Shown: piece by piece, positions 20,308-27,796 of the stretch
Position numbering within the stretch: position 1 is the stretch's first letter
How the letters are laid out: each line of letters begins with the position of its first letter
Source: Planctomycetota bacterium
GTDB lineage: Bacteria; Planctomycetota; B15-G4; SIAN01
DNA length: 64,000 bases
Reading direction: 5' to 3'
Assembly: GCA_028289345.1 (NCBI GenBank)
Contig: JANQQL010000047.1
Coordinates: 57,454 to 121,453 of the forward strand
Made by a program: the position numbers and the translations under genes
The notes under the pieces: generated by a model
Seen by the model: only the letters and a program-made list of their open reading frames with translations
What the model was told of the DNA's origin: nothing
Databases searched by the model: none

Positions 20308-20805
20308 TCACAACCCCGCGTCGGCCCACCCAGGACCAAGGACCTCACGAAGGTGGTGTTCCAGATGGCCTACGTAGTCGGCAAAGAAGTATTCCAAAGT
20401 CGTCGCCTGGCCTTCGGGAACCGGCTGCCACGCAATCTCATGGAGATTGTGACGAGGACGCGGTTTCGTGAGGACCTCATTGCTTGTCGCCCGCATGACC
20501 CGCACCAGGTGCAAGTTCAAACTGCGCCAAAGTTGGATCAGTTCTTTCCAGGGAGCCTCGCCGTAGCGCTGACCATCGACCCAATCGTTCTGGGCGTATC
20601 CCGCGAAGACTAGATCGTCCTGGAGCTGCGCCCGCACGAAACGTCCGTGGTTGACCGATGCGGAATCGATGAGATGGCCGAGAACCTCTCGAGGGCACCA
20701 TTTGCCAGGAGCTGGCCGTTCACCACTCGCCGACTCGGAAGTGCTCTTCAACAACGATGTGGCGCGCTCCACGTGGAACTGCAATCGATCCGCGACATCC
20801 ATCAT
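20308..20805 (-). CDS. DinB-family (DinB_2-like four-helix-bundle metalloenzyme) protein
   Basis: 165 aa. His-containing motifs HLID...HG...HHLRE. Confidence 0.7.
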   Translation of the reverse strand: MMDVADRLQFHVERATSLLKSTSESASGERPAPGKWCPREVLGHLIDSASVNHGRFVRAQLQDDLVFAGYAQNDWVDGQRYGEAPWKELIQLWRSLNLHLVRVMRATSNEVLTKPRPRHNLHEIAWQPVPEGQATTLEYFFADYVGHLEHHLREVLGPGWADAGL

Positions 20806-20841
20806 CGGTCCCCATTTTCCAGAGGGACTTGACGCATTGGG

Positions 20842-21300
20842 TCAGAGCCTCCGGTACTCCGTCTCGGTTGCCTTCGCCTCCTTGCCATCCGGCATCACAT
20901 TGAAGGCGGTAATGGTGAGGTGCTGATCGTCCAACAAATGGTAGTGCGTCCGCCAGCCCCAGGGAGGATCGGTGGGACTCACGTCATAGTGGCCGAACAC
21001 CGAGAACTCCTTCTCCTGGCCTTCTCCTTCGCTGACCAGGATCGCGTAATTCATGTGGAAGCTGTCGAGCCACGACACCTGAAATTTGTTGGTCACCGAG
21101 TTGAAGGCGATCCACTCCTCTCCATGGCGTGGCTTTCCTTGCATCGAGCCTTCGTAGGTGTGACGAAGGAATTTGCCGTCCAGGAGCGGGTCCATGCGGC
21201 CCTGGACCTCCGATTCGTCGGCCAGCTTGCCTGGCTCGAACCAGGTCCGACATTGCCCCTTCCAGGAGCCCTGCATTCCTTTGAAGATTTCGCCTGTCAT
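20842..21300 (-). CDS. DUF1579-like hypothetical protein
   Basis: The internal ATG at 21298-21300 (MTGEIFKG) is preferred over the extended ORF. The product reads as coding. Confidence 0.6.
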   Translation of the reverse strand: MTGEIFKGMQGSWKGQCRTWFEPGKLADESEVQGRMDPLLDGKFLRHTYEGSMQGKPRHGEEWIAFNSVTNKFQVSWLDSFHMNYAILVSEGEGQEKEFSVFGHYDVSPTDPPWGWRTHYHLLDDQHLTITAFNVMPDGKEAKATETEYRRL

Positions 21301-21307
21301 GATCACC

Positions 21308-21604
21308 TCAACGTTGAGCGCCCTTGTAGTGATGAACGACGGTCTTGCGGAGGAAGGGACGTTCGGCGGGGAGAATCTTGGCCTCCTGCCAATCATCGCC
21401 ACAAAAGGAGCGCAGCGACTCCAGGTCTTTCCACACCGAAACCATGACGAACTCTTCGTCGGTGGGAGTCAATGGGCAACCGGCATCCGCACTCACGAGG
21501 CCCGGTTGCTGGCGGACCAACGGCAATGCTTCTTCGAGAAAGAACCGGGCAAACTCCTCGGCCTTCCCCTGATGAACTTTGGCACGAAACACACGAACGA
21601 TCAT
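21308..21604 (-). CDS. antibiotic biosynthesis monooxygenase (ABM)-like small protein
   Basis: 99 aa from ATG 21602-21604 (MIVRVFRAKVHQGKAEEFARFF...). ABM-like ferredoxin-fold pattern. The upstream extension is implausible. Confidence 0.6.
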   Translation of the reverse strand: MIVRVFRAKVHQGKAEEFARFFLEEALPLVRQQPGLVSADAGCPLTPTDEEFVMVSVWKDLESLRSFCGDDWQEAKILPAERPFLRKTVVHHYKGAQR

Positions 21605-21942
21605 GGTGTCCTCGAGTGGCTGGTCGTCTTTTCCCGGCGGCCGAAGCATCGGATCCCCGAGCCCGCATGATTCCGAAAATGACTTCGCCGGTGAGACAAG
21701 GCCGGCCAATCGAGGGTCAGGATTCGCCGGCAAGCGTCGACACTCAAAGCATCGAACGCGAAGCCACTTCTTTCCGCGGTCAGAAGGAGCGCATTCTCGC
21801 AGGGTGGCAGGAGACTTCCAGCCCGGAGTTTCTCAGGGGGTCAAGGACCAGCCCGGTGCACGAGTGGGCGCGGGCGAGGATGGCCACCGAACCCTGTTCC
21901 CGCCGAACTGCACGGCGCCCTCGAGCCGCCACCGCGACACCG

Positions 21943-24741
21943 TCACGATCCGACGGCCCGCTCGATTCGCTCGACCAGCTGCTGCAGGCGTGGGTCCCCC
22001 CCGAGCGCTTCCTGCAAGGGGCCACCGCGCTGCCACTGAAGGCTGTCGAGGGTCCAGCCAGGATCCTCGTCCGCCATCTCCTCGAGGATCATCAAGGCCT
22101 GGTCCAGGTCTCCGGCCACCGCGTGAGCCATCGACTCACAGACTTGCAGTCGGCCACGAAGCCTTTGTTTCAGGAACTCGGGAACGGCAAGCTCCTCCAG
22201 CATGCCGAGCCCGCGGTCCAGAAACTCCTCGGTGGGCGCCAGATCTCCGAGAGCGGCGGCTGACTCACAAGCAATCAGGCAATCGCTGAACTCTTCGAAA
22301 CTGCCCGGTTCCGCGGAATCGAGCGAGCGCTCCGACAAATCCCTCAGGGATTCCCAGTCTCCGAGGACTCGAGTCACCGCACGATCCAACTCGGTCACTG
22401 TTCGCGGGGCTTCGCCGAGCGCTTCTTGACGCAGTCGTTCTCCGACTTTCTCGTAGGTGTTGCCCGGCGAGGAATAGCTGTCCGCAAAGCTGGTCACTTG
22501 CCCCGACTCGCTTCGAGTGAAGAACACCCATCGTCCTTGTTCGCGATTGAGGAAGAGATCCTGGTCGACCGCTTCGAAGGAACGGTCCCAGATCTCAATC
22601 TGACCCGGCTCCACCGAAGTGACCTCGGTGAATCTCGAAGCCTCCCAACCCGCCCCCGGGGGACAGCCGTGACAGAAGAGGTTGCCGACATAGGTCCCGG
22701 TGTAGGCGGCAGTGTCGACCTCCAGACGCGGCCGGTCCACATCGATCGATGTCCTGCCCTCGGGAAACCAGTGGTTCATCAACGCACGAGTGACCGCCCA
22801 CGCAAGCCGCGGTCGAGGTCCCGTTTCTCCATCTCGGTTCATGAGCACCACGGCGCCCTTGCCTTGACCGGGCAGAAAGAAGAAGTCGCCCGAGTATCCC
22901 TGCATGGTTCCTCCATGCTGAAGGACTCGCTGACCGTTGTGCATTTCTTCCCAGAAGCCGAAAGAGAAGCCGGGGATTTCTGGATGAGCACGGAACTGTG
23001 AGGTGCGAAGCTGATTCGCCATCTCGCTCGAAAACAGTCGAGCGGTTCCACAGGACCCATCGCCGCTCAAAGCAACCAAAAGACGGGCCATGTCCGACGC
23101 CGTGGAGTCGATCGACGAGGCCGGCAAAGAAGCGTAGTACTCATATCCTTGTCGAACGTGGCGTCCCGCAGTGAAGCCGTAGCCGGTGGCGAGCTCGTCC
23201 CGCCGATCGTCGGGCACTTCCACGAATGAGCGGGACATGCCAAGAGGCTCGAAGACCAGCCGAGTCATCGCCACTCCGTAGTCCACATCCAGGCGCGCTT
23301 CCAGCAAGTACCCGAGCAGAGAAATCCCGTAGGTGTCGTAGCAACTTTCCCGTCCGGGAGGACGAACACGGCGCAGGTCCCGTTCCAGAAAATCTCCGAG
23401 CGAGACCCGCTGGGCCGGGTCATAGAACAACCGGTTGGTCCCCACCTGGTCGAATCCTGCCGTGTGGGTCATCAAGTGATCGATGGTGACCGGCGAGTCG
23501 AATCTTGTGTCGACATGGAACTGCTCGAGGTAGGTGTTCACATCGGCTTCCCGAGACAGGAGGCCTTGATCCACCGCCGCCAACACACCGATCGCGCTGA
23601 CCGCCTTCGAGATCGACCCAATGCGAAACAAGGTCTCTTCCGCATCCACCGGAGACTCGGTCTCCAGGTCCGCCACGCCATATCCTTGCAGGTACGCAAT
23701 TCGGCCTTCGTCCACCACGGCCACGGCAGACCCAGGAAGGGAATCATCCAGCATCTGTTGAGGAATGATCGACTCGAGTAGCTCTCGATACTCTTCGCCG
23801 TCCGGCGTCACCGGCTTGACGGTCTCCACTGCGGCTTCCTCGCTCGCCGCGCGCTTCATGAAGCCCAGCCGAGCGGGCGCCGCAAGCAACACGGGCGCTG
23901 GAGAACTGTCCGCGGAACTGGTGGCGACCGTCGGGCTTTTCGGTGGAGTGCGCGGTGGCAAGGCTCTGCGCACCACGAGGGGGGAAGCCTCCGAGGCAGA
24001 GCCGACGGCAGCGGACGGATTCGAAGCGAGGACGGAAGGAGCTTCGTCGAGGGACGGCAAGACCGCAGAGTCCGCCTCCTTCCTTCCGACCATGATGAAG
24101 AACCCGAGAGCGGCCACCGCGATCGCTCCTGCCAGAGCTTGGAAGGACCAATCTCGGCCCGCCACTCGTTCGGAAGACTTCGCAAGGGGAAGCGTTCCGG
24201 GGACACAGAACACTGCCAATCCCCGGCGAATCGCAGATGGCTCATGCTTGCGTTGAAGCTCCTCGCGCAGCATCTGCAGTCCACGACGCAACCGGGTTTT
24301 GACCGTTTGCAACGGGACCTCCAGACGCTGGGCCATCTGAGGAGGAGTCAGCCCTTCGTAGTAACGCAGGTAAACGCTCGTTCGATAGGGCTCCCGCAAT
24401 TCGCGCAGGGACTTCACGAGGTCTTGAACCAGCTCCATGCGAGCTTGGATCTCGGCCGGGTCGGTCGTCGACGAATCTCGAAGTCGCTGATCGTGGTAGG
24501 CCCGCTCCCGAAGGAGCCGCCGCTCGTCTCCCAGCTGCATGCTGCGAATCGCATTGCGAGCGACTTGCTTCAGCCAGGCCCCAAGGTTTCCTTGGGCCGG
24601 GGGGCTCCCCAACGCAGTGACCCAGGTCTGCTGCACCACGTCGTCGATCGGTGCTTCTCGAGAAATCAGGTCTCGGGCGATGCGACGCAGGCGATCCCGA
24701 TGGCGCAGCAGGTCCTCGGCAGTCAAGGCTTGTTCACTCAT
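21943..24741 (-). CDS. ECF-type sigma-70 domain fused to a TM helix, a periplasmic beta-lactamase/serine-hydrolase-like domain and a C-terminal helical domain
   Basis: ATG 24739-24741 (MSEQALTAEDLL). Sigma region 2 is DDVVQQTWVTAL and region 4 is YLRYYEGLTPPQMAQRLEVPLQTVKTRLRRGL. A single TM helix (AIAVAALGFFIMVG) is followed by a Pro/Ser linker. SxxK motif (GSISKAVSAIG) and HGG motif are present. Confidence 0.75.
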   Translation of the reverse strand: MSEQALTAEDLLRHRDRLRRIARDLISREAPIDDVVQQTWVTALGSPPAQGNLGAWLKQVARNAIRSMQLGDERRLLRERAYHDQRLRDSSTTDPAEIQARMELVQDLVKSLRELREPYRTSVYLRYYEGLTPPQMAQRLEVPLQTVKTRLRRGLQMLREELQRKHEPSAIRRGLAVFCVPGTLPLAKSSERVAGRDWSFQALAGAIAVAALGFFIMVGRKEADSAVLPSLDEAPSVLASNPSAAVGSASEASPLVVRRALPPRTPPKSPTVATSSADSSPAPVLLAAPARLGFMKRAASEEAAVETVKPVTPDGEEYRELLESIIPQQMLDDSLPGSAVAVVDEGRIAYLQGYGVADLETESPVDAEETLFRIGSISKAVSAIGVLAAVDQGLLSREADVNTYLEQFHVDTRFDSPVTIDHLMTHTAGFDQVGTNRLFYDPAQRVSLGDFLERDLRRVRPPGRESCYDTYGISLLGYLLEARLDVDYGVAMTRLVFEPLGMSRSFVEVPDDRRDELATGYGFTAGRHVRQGYEYYASLPASSIDSTASDMARLLVALSGDGSCGTARLFSSEMANQLRTSQFRAHPEIPGFSFGFWEEMHNGQRVLQHGGTMQGYSGDFFFLPGQGKGAVVLMNRDGETGPRPRLAWAVTRALMNHWFPEGRTSIDVDRPRLEVDTAAYTGTYVGNLFCHGCPPGAGWEASRFTEVTSVEPGQIEIWDRSFEAVDQDLFLNREQGRWVFFTRSESGQVTSFADSYSSPGNTYEKVGERLRQEALGEAPRTVTELDRAVTRVLGDWESLRDLSERSLDSAEPGSFEEFSDCLIACESAAALGDLAPTEEFLDRGLGMLEELAVPEFLKQRLRGRLQVCESMAHAVAGDLDQALMILEEMADEDPGWTLDSLQWQRGGPLQEALGGDPRLQQLVERIERAVGS

Positions 24742-24902
24742 CCCGCTCTCACTTGGTTCCGGCAAAGGGTCGGGTGGAAAACACCCAACGGAAGCAGCGA
24801 TGGGCACCGACCACCCGTCTCCCCCCAGCAGGCCGGGTCCCGGTCGCTCCGCCTCATGAACCTCGCCGGGCGGGATTGGAGTTCAGGAATTCGAAGACTT
24901 TC

Positions 24903-25412
24903 TCAACGCCCGGGGAGACCGTCCGCCCGCATCCGCCACGGGGCCGGCTCCGCTGCTGCTTGGCGAATGAGGAGATTCAACTGAGCAACGTGATGCTGCA
25001 CGTGACGCAAGTTGTACAGCAACAACTCGGCGGCCTGCATCGTGCCCCAGTGAAGCTTGCATGGGCGCCGGGCCTCGGGATCCGATCCGATGGAAGCCAC
25101 TCGGCGCTGCAATGCAGCTCGAGAGACTTTCAACCATTGCACCAACTCCGCCTTCGAGTACGGACGCTCGGGAAACTGGTCGGGCTCCAACTCACCTTTG
25201 GTGAACGGCGGCGGCGGATCGTAGTCCAACGCCGACTCCGACAGGTAAAGATCGAGCCAGAACAAGGCATGAAAGGCGATGTACCACGGTTGTTTCCACT
25301 GCTCGCCATCGGTCCACAACCCGTCGGGACAAGCTTCGATCGCTCCTTGGAGAGAGTCGATCGCCGCCCCAAACTGCTGATGCACCGCATCCTGAAGGGG
25401 AGTCGTATTCAC
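24903..25412 (-). CDS. DinB-family protein
   Basis: GTG start. His motifs (YNLRHVQHHVAQ). Confidence 0.7.
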   Translation of the reverse strand: MNTTPLQDAVHQQFGAAIDSLQGAIEACPDGLWTDGEQWKQPWYIAFHALFWLDLYLSESALDYDPPPPFTKGELEPDQFPERPYSKAELVQWLKVSRAALQRRVASIGSDPEARRPCKLHWGTMQAAELLLYNLRHVQHHVAQLNLLIRQAAAEPAPWRMRADGLPGR

Positions 25413-25440
25413 CCGAAGGCCTTTCTCGGATCTTGTGACT

Positions 25441-26379
25441 TCAGCGGCTCAATAGATCCTGAAGAGCCGAAGACAACTCGGGGAACTGAAACTCGAACCC
25501 GGCCTCGGGAAGGCGGCGGGACACGCAGTAGCGGCCGTACAAGACAAGCTCGGGATCGGTCCGCAAGAACAACGGAGCGGCGATTCGCACCATCCAGGAG
25601 GCCGCCGGAAGTCCCACGGGCTGATGAACCACGCGGCGCAGCTTCGCCATGAATTCGCGGTGGGACACCGGTTTGGGAGCGGTGACCAAGTAGGCACCGT
25701 TCATGCGCTCGTCTTCGATCGCCTGGACGAAGAACTGATTCATGTCGGCTTCGTGAAGCCAGCTGATCCCCTGTCGACCGCTTCCGACTCGGCCCCCCAA
25801 TCCCCAACGCGCCAGCCGGGCCAGCTTTCCAAGAGCGCCCCCGCTTCTTCCGAGAACGAAACTGGTTCGGGCAATGACAGTGCGCACGCCATCGGGAACC
25901 GAATCGTGCATCGCTTGCTCCCACGCCTGACCGACTTGCGGCGCGAGACCGTATCCGAACGCGGAATCTTCCTCGCAAACCGCGTCTTCTCCCGGATCTC
26001 CGTAGTTATGCGCCGTGGACATCTGCACCCAGACAGGCGGAGGTTGGGCCGCGTTCTGCAATGCCTGCCCGAGAACTCGGGTCGACTCAACTCGGGAACG
26101 GAGGATCTGGTCGCAATGATCAGGGGTTTTGATGCAATCGACCGAACGGCCGGCCAGATTGACCACGGCTCGAGCGCCCTCGAGATGCTTCGCCCATTCC
26201 CCGAGTCGCCTCCCGTCCCAGGGCGACCACGTCCACGGTCCTTTCCGGGACGGCTCCTGCCGCGAGATGATCACGACCGAACGGCCGCGCTCCCCAAGAT
26301 GGACCGCGAGGTTCTGACCAAGAAAGCCGGATCCACCCGTGATCACGACTTTGTCGTCCGTTGGGGTGCCGTGGTTCAT
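25441..26379 (-). CDS. TIGR01777-family NAD-dependent epimerase/dehydratase (YfcH-like)
   Basis: Rossmann motif [14 protein letters not shown]. Typical YfcH/SDR39U1 length and sequence. ATG at 26377-26379. Confidence 0.8.
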   Translation of the reverse strand: MNHGTPTDDKVVITGGSGFLGQNLAVHLGERGRSVVIISRQEPSRKGPWTWSPWDGRRLGEWAKHLEGARAVVNLAGRSVDCIKTPDHCDQILRSRVESTRVLGQALQNAAQPPPVWVQMSTAHNYGDPGEDAVCEEDSAFGYGLAPQVGQAWEQAMHDSVPDGVRTVIARTSFVLGRSGGALGKLARLARWGLGGRVGSGRQGISWLHEADMNQFFVQAIEDERMNGAYLVTAPKPVSHREFMAKLRRVVHQPVGLPAASWMVRIAAPLFLRTDPELVLYGRYCVSRRLPEAGFEFQFPELSSALQDLLSR

Positions 26380-26644
26380 GGCTCTCACTTTCGTGTTCGC
26401 GCACCACCGGTGGGGTCAGCCGGAAGACAGATTCTGCCGGCAATCGACCGAACTCGACAGTCTCTCCAAAAATGGGGCTGCAAAGCCTGTTCCCAACCCC
26501 CTCAACTCCCACGCTCCTTGGGGCCGAGCCGCACACCCTGTTTTTCGCAGAAACCATGCAGAATCTTCGGGCTTGGCGGGCTCTCCCGCATGGAGTCCGA
26601 CGCGGACTCGAGGACCATTTCTTTCACCGACCGGAGAGTCAGCA

Positions 26645-27796
26645 ATGTCAGGGCTTTGCTTGGGCATCTTCCTTTCGAGCGTGCTTGTCGCAGTGACACA
26701 AGCCCCCCCTTCCGAGGGCGGAGTCCTTCTCGCCGTCCATGAAGAAGCTTCTCTCGAGCTTCAAGCATTCTGGGATCCCTGCAAAGAGTCCAAATACGGC
26801 CTCTTCGAGCGCACCAAAGCAATCGCCTCGATTCAACCGGTTCACGAGACGAACTTGTACTTGGCTTCTTCGTTCCAAGCATTTCTTCCCGAGCACCGGG
26901 TCGAGGTCGGCCAAGTTTGGAAAGTGAAAGAGGAGGCCGTGTTGCCGTTCTTGCGACAACTGCATCCGGGTGCGACTGCCCATCTCCATCACGGCAGCCC
27001 GGGCAGCACCGGCGCTCGAGCCTGCTTGCGAGCGATCAACGCCACCAAAGCCGAGGTTCTGATTCGCGCCCATGCGGAGTTTCGGATCGAAGACGAGATC
27101 TTCTTCACCCCGGCGCAGTTCGAAGGACGTCTGGTCCTCGATCAGGAAACGGGCATGGTCGATTCGTTTCGACTCTTCTTGCCCAGTCGAAACACCAACG
27201 TCGACATCAACGTGGGTTCCGTGGATTCTTCGGGGCCCTTCCCTGAGTCTCGTTCCTACGAGGCAGACATTGGATGGGTGCCGCGGCTGGAAGTGACCAG
27301 CGGTCCGAGTCTTCCCCCACACTGGGTCGACTCCATCTCGCTCGAGAAAGCGAGGAGCCGTCTCCGGGCCCCGTTCTATGCATTCGCCAAGATCGACTGG
27401 ATGCCGTTCGAAAGCGCGGTCCAAGAATCCATCGACCTCGGCCTACCGCTCCACTTGATCATCCTGTTCGGCTGCCTCGACGACGAATCCTGCTGAGGCA
27501 GCGGCAAGACACTGAGGGCGGGTCCGCTCTCGAACCCCAGGATCATCAAGACACTGAATGAAGACTTCATCAACACATGGATCCTCGCCAAGGACTTGGA
27601 GCACCTCGCGGAACACTCTCCCGACGAAGCCATTCGTGAACGGGCCGCCCATTGCGGCAAGCGCTACAAGTACCCGGTCGACAGTCAGATTCTGGCTCCG
27701 AACGGCGATCTCCTGAGCCAGGTAGGAGCGAACGAGATCATGGGACTGGATCTGGGGAATCGCTATTGGCGGTTCCTGGAGAGTGCCTACGAGTGA
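26645..27796 (+). CDS. predicted selenoprotein: secreted protein whose C-terminal thioredoxin-like fold spans an in-frame TGA (Sec) at 27494-27496 (motif C-U-G-S)
   Basis: ATG 26645 with a signal peptide (MSGLCLGIFLSSVLVAVTQA). The ORF nominally ends at TGA 27494, but the same frame continues for 99 codons with no start and no stop. It encodes Trx-fold-like sequence (…IDW…LHLIILFGCLDDESC-TGA-GSGKTLRAG…NEDFINTWILAKD…YKYPVDSQILAPNGDLL…). It ends at a TGA that overlaps the ATG of the next gene (TGATG at 27794-27798). Confidence 0.5.
27514..27531 (+). other. candidate SECIS-like hairpin (gagggcg-GGUC-cgctctc, including one G.U pair) 17 nt downstream of the in-frame TGA
   Basis: A 7-8 bp stem with a G/U-containing apical loop lies about 20-27 nt 3' of UGA 27494-27496. 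Confidence 0.3.

Noticed and set aside
3481-27796. Genome-wide UGA reassignment (UGA=Gly/Trp) as an alternative explanation for the two in-frame TGAs
   Set aside because: TGA is used as a bona fide stop by many genes in the window, including coupled ATGA/GTGA junctions at 7641, 15039, 16403 and 42817. The only two readthrough candidates both sit at redox motifs of Trx-like folds, which fits Sec rather than global recoding.
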